From assembly GCA_048213135.1 (NCBI GenBank), contig PS015245.1:22472-86471 (forward strand): 64,000 nt of DNA. The letters are read 5' to 3'. A program made the position numbers and the translations under genes. Of the stretch, positions 38,401-49,854 are shown one piece after another (position 1 is the first letter of the stretch; each line of letters begins with the position of its first letter). The notes beneath the pieces are model-generated. The model was given only the letters and a program-made list of their open reading frames with translations, was not told the DNA's origin and ran no database searches. Source of the DNA: Reclinomonas americana ATCC 50394. Lineage: Eukaryota.

Positions 38401-41290
38401 GCTGCAACAAAGAGAAGATATTGGTGAATGCGTTCGGCATCATGGCACCGACCGTGATGAGATCCACAGTCCGCCATCATCAGCGTGTTCTTCTTGACTT
38501 GGCATGCAAGGAGTGTGGCGTCCCTCCATCGAAAGCAGGCTGCCTTTCGGCGGCAGTTGTGAGCTCTTTCGGCAAGAGTCTTGCCAAGCTCGCCCAACAC
38601 GCACGTACCTCAACGCCCAAGTCTGTTGAGGGAGTCCTCCAGATGATGAGCGACTTTATCGAGGTGAGTATCGTCCATATTACTTGACTGAATCAATCAA
38701 CGGCCAGCTCTAAAGTATGTACCGCAATGCAGAAGAGTGAATTGCATGGCGCTACTCTGGCAGATGCCATTGAGAGACCTGTGGTTGTGGTGGATGAACG
38801 CGGCTATTCTGAGGTATGCCAGCCTTGCGCTCTGTGTACGTTGTATGTCGTGAATGGCGTTTTTCTCACATTCTGTGCTCTTGAATTCGGTTGTCAGGAG
38901 TCGTCGCGCTTGCCGAGGGCTTTGCACAACAAGCGGAATCCGCTTCTGCCATATGTCACACAGTCCGTGGATGCCTTCCACGACTGCCCAAGCCTGCTGG
39001 CCACTCTGCTCCGAGACGGATGTCTGTCCGAGTCGGAGATTGCGCGCGCCGCTGAGTGGTGCAGTGCACGAGGTTCGGCTGTGAGGATTCTTTGCTGCGC
39101 TTTGTGCGCATGTGCTCACCAACGACTGAACAGCTCGGAGGGAGATGGAGATGGTGAAGAAAGAGGAGAAGCGGGAGGGAGAGCAGAAGGATGAGGACGA
39201 TGGCAAGGTACGCCCGTCGCTCGTTTCCGGTAGATGCGAGACATGTGCGTGTCCTAACCCTGTGTGGATTGCCCTCCACAGCGCCGCAAGAGTGGTCCTG
39301 CGAAGTTGAGCATCAACGAACAATTGATGCTGGCGAAACTGCTTGTTGCGTGTTGCTGCTATCTCTGTGCATGTTTCCAGCACTGCTGTCACTCCCATCT
39401 GCTCACCACATCTTGAAGCAGGGCTGCAATAAGAAGAGGATGGTGGTGAAGGCATTTGGCCTCATGGCACCCATTGTGCTCAGATCCACAGTCCTCTGTC
39501 ATCAGCGTGCTCTCCTCCAACTTGCCTGTGACGAATACGGAATACCGTCGGAGGGACTAGGCTGCCCTTCAGCCGCAGTCATGTCTGCATTTGGCAAGAG
39601 TCTTGCCAAGAGTGCCAAAACGGCACGCACCACAACGCCCAAGTCAGTAGAGGGCGTGCTCGAGAACATGAGCAGCTTCATAGAGGTGAGTGTCGGTGTG
39701 TTGTTTCAGTGTCCTTCCGATCGTCACGTGCGTGGCACCTGACTCGACTTCGACGTGGATGTCGCCATCAGAGGAGTGGTCTTCGGGGAGCTGAGCTGGT
39801 GGATGTTGTCGAGAGACCGATGATTGTGATTGACGAGCGTGGCTACTCTGAGGTGCGTGTGAAATTGTGTGTGCTGATGTGCGTCATTGACAGATGGCTC
39901 ACATTGCTGTGGCTCGGATGGTAGGAATCAACAGCAAAATCGCAGAAGGGAGGCGCTCCTAATTTTCTTTTGCCGTTCGTTACCCAGGCCAGGCAGGCAC
40001 TCCGCAGCTGTCCAGACCTACTGGCCACTCTGCTGCGGGACGGCTGCCTTTCGCAGGCGGAGATTGCACGCGCCGTCGAGTGGTGCAGTGAAAGAGGTCT
40101 GGCTGCTTGGCTTCGTGATTGGATAATGCATGTACTCACAAGCAAGTGAACAGTCGTGAGGGAATTGGATGTGGTGAAGAAAGAGAAGGAGAGGGAGGGT
40201 GAGCAGGAAGAAGATGATGATGCCGGCGACAATGAGGTTGATGACGCGAGCTCTCTCTTCAGTGAGATGCGAGAAGTACGTCTTAATACTGCGTGGCTTG
40301 TGTTTCACAGCGCCGCAAGATTGATCCTGCAAAGTTGAACATCAACGAGCAATTGATGCTGGCGAGATTGCTTGTTGCGTGTTTCTCTGCATGCCGCCAC
40401 TGATGCTGTCATAACCTGCTCACTTTCATCCACCCATCCATCTCTCGAGAGCAGAGGTGCAACAAGAAGAGGATATCGGTGAAGGCTTTTGGCTTCATGG
40501 CACCTGTGGCCATGGCATCCACAGTCTTGCATCATCAGCGCGTTCTCTTCCAACTTGCCTGTGACGAATGCGAAATACCGACGAAGGGACCGGGCTGCCC
40601 TTCAGCCGCAATCTTGTCTGCATTTGGAAAGAGTCTTGCCAATAGTGCCCGAGATACACGCAGTACGACGCCCAAGTCAGTGGAGGGTGTTCTCGAGAAC
40701 GTGAGCAACTTCATCGAGGTGAGCGTCGGTGTGGTGTTTCTATGTCACATCTGCGGCAACTGACCTACCTTCCATAATGTGCATGTGGGTGGAATCATTA
40801 GAAGAGCGGACTTCGCGGAGCTGAACTGGTGGATGTGGTCGAGAGACCACTGATTGTCATTGACGAGCGTGGCTACTCTGAGGCATGTGGACCGTCGTGG
40901 TTTTGTGCTGTGGAGCTTCGGTGATTGGTGACTCAGCTTTCTCGTTTCGTGTGACAGGAGTCAGCAACGCTGACGCACAAAAATGGTACTCCGAATGTTC
41001 TTCTGCCATTAGTCACGCAGGCCATGCATGTGCTCCGCACCTGTCCTGGCCTGCTGACCACTCTGCTTCGAGACGGTTGTCTTTCGAAGGCGGATATATC
41101 ACGTGCCGGTGAGTTTTCGGAATGCAACAATCTGAGAGCAACTGGTGTTGTTGCTCGTCGTGCCTGCATCAGTACTGACAAGCATGATACAGTGCTGGGT
41201 GACGAGAAACCGGTGAAGGTGGAGCTGATAAAGAAAGAGGAGGAGGAGGAGGAGGAGGATGAACAGGAAGACGAGGAGGAGGACATGTAG
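35025..41290 (+). CDS. Uncharacterised 5-module repeat protein, paralog 3
   Basis: Same exon structure. Core exons at 36088, 37307, 38400, 39422 and 40455; APPQKKKK (35793-35843). Stop TAG at 41288-41290. Confidence 0.8.
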
Positions 41291-41358
41291 AGCCAGAAAT
41301 TCAGAGTGGTGGTGATGGAGAAGGAGCTTGATGTGGAGAGGAAGACATTGCTGTGGAT

Positions 41359-42266
41359 GCGCCTCCTTTTTCAGGGACACTGCCTTCCTCTTCTCCTCTT
41401 CCTCCTGCGGTGATTATGGTGCCTCCGCCGCGGCCGACGGGCTTTCACCGCGTAAAGTTGGAGGCGTGTGTTCAATATCGATTTCTTGCATGCTGCAGTT
41501 TGCTCTCATTGTGCCATTACTATCACCAATGATCTTCTACACTTTGTTTTCTCAATGCCGTTCTCGCTGCGTTGCACACCAGTGTAACACACCTTCAAAA
41601 CACGACAAAACGAACGAAATTGCATGAGTGTCACGTGTCACCAATCACTTTACCAGACACCAACAACAATGAGCGCGACCACTCCCTCTGCGCCTCCTTC
41701 TTCAGGGACACTGCCTTCCTCTTCTCCTCTTCCTCCTGCGGTGATTATGGTGCCTCCGCCGCGGCCGACGGGCTTTCACCGCGTAAAGTTGGAGGCGTGC
41801 AATATCGCTGCGATGTCTTGCACGCAGCACGTTATCATTTGCCATTACTATCACCAATGATCTTCTACACTAGCTTCCACAATGCCATTCTCGCTGCACA
41901 CCAGATACACCTTCAAAACACGACAAAGCAAACGAAATTGCATGAGGAGTGTCACGTGTCACCAATCATCACTTTACCAGACACCAACAACAATGAGCGC
42001 GACCACTCCCTCTGCGCCTCCTTCTTCAGGGACACTGCCTTCCTCTTCTCCTCTTCCTCCTCTTCCTTCGTCTGCGGTGATTATGGTGCCTCCGCCGCGG
42101 CCGACGGGCTTTCACCGCGTAAAGTTAGAGGCGTGTGTTCAATTGCAATATCGATGTCTTGCATGCAGCAGTTTGCTCTCATTGTGCCATTACTATCACC
42201 AATGATCTTCTACACTTTGCTTTTCACAATGCCGTTATCGCTGCGTTGCACACCAGTGTAATACAA
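41359..42266. repeat. ~325 bp tandem repeat (3 copies, first one 5'-truncated) abutting the right end of the gene array
   Basis: gcgcctcctt.ttcagggacactgccttcctcttctcc...ggtgattatggtgcctccgccgcggccgacgggctttcaccgcgtaaagtt recurs at about 41359, 41690 and 42014, and continues into a gap. Confidence 0.9.
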
Positions 42267-43058
42267 NNNNNNNNNNNNNNNNNNNNNNNNNNNNNNNNNN
42301 NNNNNNNNNNNNNNNNNNNNNNNNNNNNNNNNNNNNNNNNNNNNNNNNNNNNNNNNNNNNNNNNNNNNNNNNNNNNNNNNNNNNNNNNNNNNNNNNNNNN
42401 NNNNNNNNNNNNNNNNNNNNNNNNNNNNNNNNNNNNNNNNNNNNNNNNNNNNNNNNNNNNNNNNNNNNNNNNNNNNNNNNNNNNNNNNNNNNNNNNNNNN
42501 NNAGTCTCTGTAACTCCTTCATCATGATGCATTTCGAGTTGGGCAAATGCTTTTATTTTCTAACTTGAGATTTCGGCAAGGGCGAATACGACGGTGGCGC
42601 AAGACGCGCACGCAAAATTAACGAAACACAGAATGATGATGATGGATGGTTGGGGGCAAAGGGGTGTGCGGGTGGACCAGAAGAGGAGCAACCAACAAAA
42701 CACAGGGGCGTGGCGCGCACACACAGTTAAACACGCGATAATGAAACACAACAACAACAAGCAACACAAAACAGGGGGGAGGAAGGTGAACAACAACAGA
42801 CACGCGACGGCCACACACTCTCCTCCTGGTCTCCACCATTACCCGCTCACCCACACCGCCACCGCCGCCTCACACACACACACACTTCTAGGGACACGAT
42901 ACAAAAGGAAAAATCACAGAACTACGACAGAGTGGTCACTGACACACAATATACAAGACACAGGAGGGGGAGTTTTTTTTGATGCACATTAGACGACGGT
43001 GAGGGATACAAACAACAACACAACAACAAACAGCAACAATAGCGGCGCCCGTCCCACC

Positions 43059-46000
43059 TCAGTACGGATGCTCATATGTGCCTGGCGGCGGGTAGGCGGC
43101 TGGCGCATACTGGCCATACACCGGCTGCGGCACATACATGCCAGGAGCTGTCACCGACAAAAACACCGGAGTGACGAGTGAGCAACTACTTCTGGGTTGC
43201 GCACATAAAGGTAAAGCCAGCGACGCAAAACTCACCAACATGCTGTGGCGGCATGGAGGACGGTGGCGGCGGAGGCACAACTTGCGGTGACCCGAGATGA
43301 GGGTGGTATGGATTCGGCGCGTGCGACAGAGTCGGCATGGCGTAGGCCGAGTAACCGGGGTGCGGAGACACGGGCGACGCAGCGTAGCCAGGCGACGGCA
43401 TCGAGTGCTGACTGAGTACATGATGATGCGCCGGGGCGTTGCCGTAGTGCGCGCTCTGCGGTGCCGGCGACAGTTGCTGCTGCTGCTGCTGCTGTTGTTG
43501 TTGTTGCTGCTGTTGCTGTTGCGAGGCCGACATGTGTCGATGGGAGGGCGCGCTGTCGGAGATGCCCGACTGGTGATTGCCGTGGTGTCGCTCTCGTCTG
43601 GTTCGGTGATGAGCACGCACACACACACACACACGTACAGACCACATAAGTACACACACATACACACCGATCCGAATGGCCACCGCCACTGCCACCACTG
43701 TGCTGCTGCCGGTGGTAGCCACCACCGCGTCCACCACCACCGCCACCACCACCACCACCTCCGCCATGGTGTCGCTCGCCACCTCCACCATGGTGACGAT
43801 CACCGCCACTGCCTCCTCCGCCACCACCACCACCACCGCCGCCGCCGACGGCAGATGCCTTGCGGTTGAGCTTGTTCTCAATCTTCTTGCCGTAGGGCGT
43901 GTTGCGCACGAGGTGCAGCAGTGGTCGGATCTTTTCTTGCAGCAACATGAACTGCTGGTTGTCGGCCACCGCAATGCCGGTCTGAATAACATAGTTGCCG
44001 AAGGAGTCCTGCAGCAGTCGCGGCAGTGCGTCGTCGCCGACCACTTCACCAAACACCAGATCGCGCACATTGTTGCCGCCTTGACGCAGGCACTGCGCAA
44101 GCGAAAGAAAAAAAAGACAATGCGAGTCAGGCAGCAGCAACAAAACACGCGCGCACACACACACGCACACACCTTTTCCACTACATTCGAGCTGAACTTG
44201 TTGATGCACAGATCCGCAATGTGCCCAGCGAACTTGGAGACAACTTGATACGTGATGGTGTCACTCTCCAAATCCAGCACGTACTGCACCACGTAGTTGC
44301 CAAACGGGTCTTGCACGAGGGTTAGCGAGTGAGCGGCGATTTCGTGCACCAGCTCCACCTGTCGATGCATCCATCACACGCGGTGTGAGCTAGACAATGA
44401 ACATGACCACCACATGCCGACCTCTCACACGCAACTCGCTGCGCCTCCGACGCAAAATCAATGCATCTCTGCATCACACAGCAGCCGTGACGGTGCGTGG
44501 CCACATCGACGCACCGATCCACCACCGCGTCGTAGATGAACTGCTTCTCGAGCGAGCTCAGGCGATGCAGGCAGCGCTGAATCACGTGATTGCCGTTGAG
44601 ATCCTTGATGAGGTCCACCACGTGGTCGCGCAGCGCCTCCACAATCAGGTGCACCTGGAAAGGCGTGCTCAGGCACTCAATGAGCTTCTGAACGGCGCGC
44701 GTGCCGTGCATGTCTGAGGGAGGGAGAAAGTGAGGAAATGCACATCACAATTGGACAGTGTGTGTGTGTGTGACGGCAACGCAACTCAGCGAAATCTCGT
44801 ACAAGTGGTTCTTCACGCACTCGACAATCTGCGAACGCTGCTCATCCGAGCAAAACTCCACCAACTTCTGGCACAGGTAGTTGCCAAACGGATCCATCAT
44901 CAGCTCCACCAGATCGCCTCCAATTTCGTTCAAGATGAGCAGCACGTTGACTTCGGCGTTCTCCTCAATCTTCTTTTGCAGGAAGCGGCAACCGTACTGG
45001 TCCTTGCACAGGTCGTAGATCTGACCCTGGATTTCGCTCATGTCCTGCACACGCGATAGTGCCTCGGCCAGCTCACTCGAACTCGCCGAGCGGCGCATCC
45101 CCACACCGCCAATCGGCAGCGGTGACGAGTCCGCACTGTCCGACACCGACGGCTGTCGACGAAGGCCGGGCGAGTGATGCTGGTGCGGTGGTGGCGGGCC
45201 AGCTGGCGTGTGGCCCATGCTCATTGCTGCACCGTGTCCCATGTGCCGCTGCGGTGCCGGCGAGACCACGTGCGGGTGTTGCGGTGACGGCATCATGGGT
45301 GCAGGTGACTGCGCCAACTGCTGCGGCTGCGCAAGTGGCGGCTGTTGGTGTTGCTGCTGCTGTTGTTGCTGTTGCTGCGGTTGAGGAGACGCTTGCTGGT
45401 AGTGCTGCGGCTGATTGGCGTAATGCATCGCGTGTGGCCCGGCAGGTGACTGGAACGACTGGTATGCGGGGCCGCCAGAAAAGTCTGCACCCAACACTTG
45501 TGTGTGAGAAAAACACATGAAGATGTGTGAGGATGCTCAGCATGAGCGCGCACCTTGCGGAACCGGTGACGTCGTGTACTGCCCGCTGTACGCCGAGAGC
45601 GAGTGCTGGGGAGAGGCGGCGTGCTGCTGCGCGTGGTGTGCCGGAAGGTGGTATGGCGACGCGGCTTGCGGTGACGGTTGAGGCGACGGCCAACCGCCAT
45701 TCGGCACCGGCTGTAGCGTGAGGTTGCCCATCTGCTGATGCATCTGTTGTTGCTGTTGCTGGTGGTGTTGTTGCTGCTGATAGCTCGATGGTGTCTGCGG
45801 CTGTGACATGGGCGGAGGAGTCGCTGGCGGAGTAATGACAGGCGTGCGTCCCGCCGAGTGACGCCCACCACGTGCCGAGCTCGGCTCACTGGAGCTCATC
45901 CGCATGCCCATGTGCGTGGTGGCCTCGTCGAGTGACAACGACGACAGGGCACCGACCAACTGTGCACCTCCACCACCGCCGCCACCACCGCCACCGCCAC

Positions 46001-46688
46001 TGCTGTCTCTTCCCCAGGACTGGCGAGAGGGGCTCGCACCACGCGAACTGCGCGGAACGACAGGATCACCCGACGCTCCTGCACCACGCAGCGTAAAGTC
46101 GTCCTCCACGCCCTTTAGAATGTCGAGAAGCGGCTCACCCTCATTCCACGTGTACTGCGGGCGCGGGGCGGAATGAGAAATCACACACGCACACACACAC
46201 AAACGTGCTTCAACGCAGTAGTAAACCTCGAGAGGTGGCGGCAAATGCACGCGATCCGAGTGCGATTCGAAGAACGCCAAGTACTTGGGGTCGCTACGGA
46301 TGTCCCAGGCGGCCACGGCACTGCCCATCCCTCCGCCGCCGCCGCCACCACCACCACCACCACCACCGCCGCCACCAGCACTACCAAAGCCGAAATGGTG
46401 TCCATGATGCGGCTGCGGAGCATGATGGTATCCACCACCAGTGCTGCTGGCGCGAGTCGGCGACGAGTGCGCCACATGGTGCGCGGCATTGGGCGGTGTC
46501 GGTGGATGCTGCAGATCATACGGCGACGAGTGCATGTGATGCGCATAGACGGCAGTTGGCGAGGAGAAGCCGCCACCTTGCAGGAACTGCTGCTGTTGTT
46601 GCTGCTGTTGTTGCTGACGATGCAACTGCTGCAGGTGATGCTGCTGCTGTTGATGATGATGATGCAACTGATGCTGATCGTCACTCAT
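43059..46688 (-). CDS. Pumilio/PUF RNA-binding protein, Puf4-type, with Q/H/G-rich low-complexity arms
   Basis: Eight PUF repeats after splicing: DQYGCRFLQK, DPFGNYLCQK, NMHGTRAVQK, DLNGNHVIQR, HRHGCCVMQR, DPFGNYVVQY, NKFSSNVVEK, DSFGNYVIQT, followed by TPYGKKI. Confidence 0.95.
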
Positions 46689-47248
46689 CGACGGTGGTGA
46701 ATGAATGGCAAAGCTCAGTGGTAGGTCTGTGCGACATGTGCACACACACAGAGAGTGAGAAATGAACACACGCGCGCGCGTTTGGGTCAGTCAACCGCCA
46801 CAAGCACGACGCAAAAGTGTGTGTGTGTAAGAGTGAGAGAGAGAGTGAGAGTGGGAGGAGAGAGAGAGAGAGAGTGAGCGCGTCATGTTCAGTTCCAGGC
46901 ACTCACCTCCAGGTGCCGAAGTCGGCCGCGGGATCTCGGCTGGATCGACCAGAGCAATGGACGACACATACGACGGTGACTCCCGCTCACCCATTCACAA
47001 CACACACACACAAGAGAGCAACAAAGAAAAGAGAGAGAGAAAATAACACCCGCGCGCGCGCACCCGCCTCTCCCAACCCGTCTGTGCGCGAGAGAGAGAC
47101 ACGACACGAGAGAAGCACACAGGCAGACACAGTGAGAGCGCGCGTGTGAGTGTGCTTGTTGAGTGATGGAGTGGGACAGTGGTCGATTGTCCGACGCGCG
47201 AGCAGTGCGGCTCTCCTATCACAGACCCACACAAACGACCAGCCGACC

Positions 47249-48677
47249 ATGCTTGTCGTCCCCGAGTTCCCCTCGGCTGCCAACCTGATCAGCGTGGCGC
47301 CACTGGTGTGTGTGTGTTCGAGAGAGAGAGACTCAGTGAGAGACACGGAGAGAAGAACAAAATTTTGTCTGATCTTCCGACGCACACAGGAGGCGTTNNN
47401 NNNNNNNNNNNNNNNNNTCTTGTCCACTGTGCCTCTGTGGTGCTGTGTTTGCTTACCGTGTTGCTGCGTAGCTCTGGCGTGGCGGATGTGTCGCGATCGG
47501 TGACCTCGGTGCACGAGAGCATGCAGCGCGAGGTGCAGGCGAAGCATGCCGCGGCGACGCAAGCGATGCAGGAGCTGCAGAAGCAGCTGGTGGAGCTCAA
47601 GTCGGCGGCGGAGGTGGAGCGCGGTGCGCGATCGGCGGCCGACAATGATCTGGAGCGGTCGGTCGGCGCGCTCTACTGTGTGTTTGATGTACCGCGTGGG
47701 CGCGCACTGAAGGTGCTGGCCGAGGAGCCGCACTCGGTGCCGGCCAAGCTCGACATTCTCAACTCCACCGCCCTCGTCGCCGACATTCGCTCGCTGCTCG
47801 ATCGCAAGGCCGAGTTCACCTCGGTCAAGTCGTTCGAGTCGCGAGTGGACGGCATCTCGGCGTCGATGATTGGCCTGCAGAACTCGGTGAGCATGCTGGA
47901 GAGGACGGCGCAGTCGGAGCACACGACCGTGTTTGCCAAGTTGGCCAGCACATTGCAGGCGGTGGAGGAGGTGCGGGCGGCGGCAGCGGTGCGTACGGAG
48001 GTGGATGAGGTGTTGGAGCGACATGCGGCGATGCTGGCCACCAAGGCCGAAGCCGCCGAGCTCGGCAAGTTTGCGGTGCGCGAGGAAATCGAGGAGACAA
48101 TGGTGGCCATGGCCAGCGAGACCAAGAAGCTGGCGGAGGAGGCGGTGGACGACGTGCAAAAGGCGCGGCAGGAGAGTGCACAGTGGGCGGAGGAGCTCAA
48201 CATGCAGCTGAAGCGACACTCCGGCGCCATTGACCATCTCGACAGGACCAAGGCCGACCGGCAGGAGCTTATTGACAGAACTGAGGCCATTTTCCAACAA
48301 GTGGAGAACACAGCGGCGGCGCAAACCAAGTGCATCTCATGTAACGCCAAGTCGGGCGGCATTGTGGACACTGCTTTGTTGCGTGCACTCTATATTCTCT
48401 TTCCACTCTGATGTTGTCACGTTCTGACACCCGCAGCAGAGAGACACCACGATCGGGATTCGGATCCATGCCGCCTGCCGCCCTCATGCCGACATTTGCA
48501 CCCGGAGGCGTGAGCCGGCGCTCACTGGATGCCACACAACGACTCGACGCCTACTACCGATGGATTGAACATGGCGGCAGCCCTGTATTAGACGAGGCTG
48601 GCGGTGGCTTGGCACCCGCGCCGCCGTCGGGACCACGCAGTCCCCCGTCGGGCGTGCGACCGCATCCTCGCAGGTGA
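47249..48677 (+). CDS. Coiled-coil protein with C-terminal CxxC (DUF4795/QRICH2-like character)
   Basis: A long helical ORF (47470-48377) ends ..LDRTKADRQELIDR..AAAQTKCISCN.. and splices into a Pro-rich tail that stops at 48675-48677. Family assignment is from recalled motif similarity only. Confidence 0.6.
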
Positions 48678-49854
48678 AGCAGCACACCTGTCCTTGTTTA
48701 AGAAAGACCCTTTCGTGTACAAAACAACATAAAGCGCCTTTAGCGGATTGTGTTACGTATACGCCCGGTTGCTGTAGTTTTGTTGCTGTAATTATGTGAT
48801 TTACGCTGGATCACCGTCGCCACCACATCGCCTTCAGGTCCCCAGACCCTGTTCCCTCGCTGCATGCTGGACGCTGTGCTGTGCAAGTGCAACGAGGACG
48901 ACCGTGCCACCGCGGATGTCGCCTTGCGCAACCTCAGCGCCCAGCTGAAGGAGATTTTCCGCGATCCAGAGGCGTTCCTGAGCAAGGTGGAAGGGTGAAG
49001 GGTGCTGGAACTCCCGTTGCACTGTTTGCAGCGAGTAGCAAGAATACACAGCAGAGATTGTGTGCCCAACAGACTTACATCAAAGGCCAACCACACATGC
49101 GTGAAGTTATTACCAGGCGCATCACTCACCTCCATGCACACGTAACTCGCCCCACTTCAGCTACACCCTCTCACCACACTGACAAATTCACGGATTCAAA
49201 NNNNNNNNNNNNNNNNNNNNNNNNNNNNNNNNNNNNNNNNNNNNNNNNNNNNNNNNNNNNNNNNNNNNNNNNNNNNNNNNNNNNNNNNNNNNNNNNNNNN
49301 NNNNNNNNNNNNNNNNNNNNNNNNNNNNNNNNNNNNNNNNNNNNNNNNNNNNNNNNNNNNNNNNNNNNNNNNNNNNNNNNNNNNNNNNNNNNNNNNNNNN
49401 NNNNNNNNNNNNNNNNNNNNNNNNNNNNNNNNNNNNNNNNNNNNNNNNNNNNNNNNNNNNNNNNNNNNNNNNNNNNNNNNNNNNNNNNNNNNNNNNNNNN
49501 NNNNNNNNNNNNNNNNNNNNNNNNNNNNNNNNNNNNNNNNNNNNNNNNNNNNNNNNNNNNNNNNNNNNNNNNNNNNNNNNNNNNNNNNNNNNNNNNNNNN
49601 NNNNNNNNNNNNNNNNNNNNNNNNNNNNNNNNNNNNNNNNNNNNNNNNNNNNNNNNNNNNNNNNNNNNNNNNNNNNNNNNNNNNNNNNNNNNNNNNNNNN
49701 NNNNNNNNNNNNNNNNNNNNNNNNNNNNNNNNNNNNNNNNNNNNNNNNNNNGAGAGAGCAAGCGCGACATGTTTGTGAGCAATGACCGTCGCCTTTTTTT
49801 CCACTCTCTTCTTTTGTGTGCGCGTGTTGCGTGTGCATGTGTCGTGTGTCACAC

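Larger units (their letters stand above)
19040..41359 (+). repeat. Tandem segmental triplication (~7.8-7.9 kb units), each with 5 internal ~1.0-1.2 kb module repeats
   Basis: Upstream regions, exons and introns align among units whose ATGs lie at 19319, 27231 and 35025. Spacers 26022-27230 and ~33861-35024 are also homologous. Confidence 0.95.

Noticed and set aside
20755-40385. Apparent GC-AG/GA-AG introns after 'LLV' in all 15 modules (gtt|gcgtgt, gtt|gagtgt)
   Set aside because: Moving the donor 3 nt upstream gives a canonical GT (GTTGCG/GTTGAG) in the same phase, the donor used by many other genes here.
19040-41359. Array as a transposable element or assembly artefact
   Set aside because: No transposase, RT or integrase motifs and no evident terminal repeats. 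The units differ by many substitutions and intronic indels, so they are not collapsed or duplicated identical reads (haplotype stacking is not formally excluded).
46987-48371. Long minus-strand ORFs (445 aa, 232 aa) opposite the coiled-coil gene
   Set aside because: Antisense shadows of a GC3-rich plus-strand CDS, with no recognisable domain.
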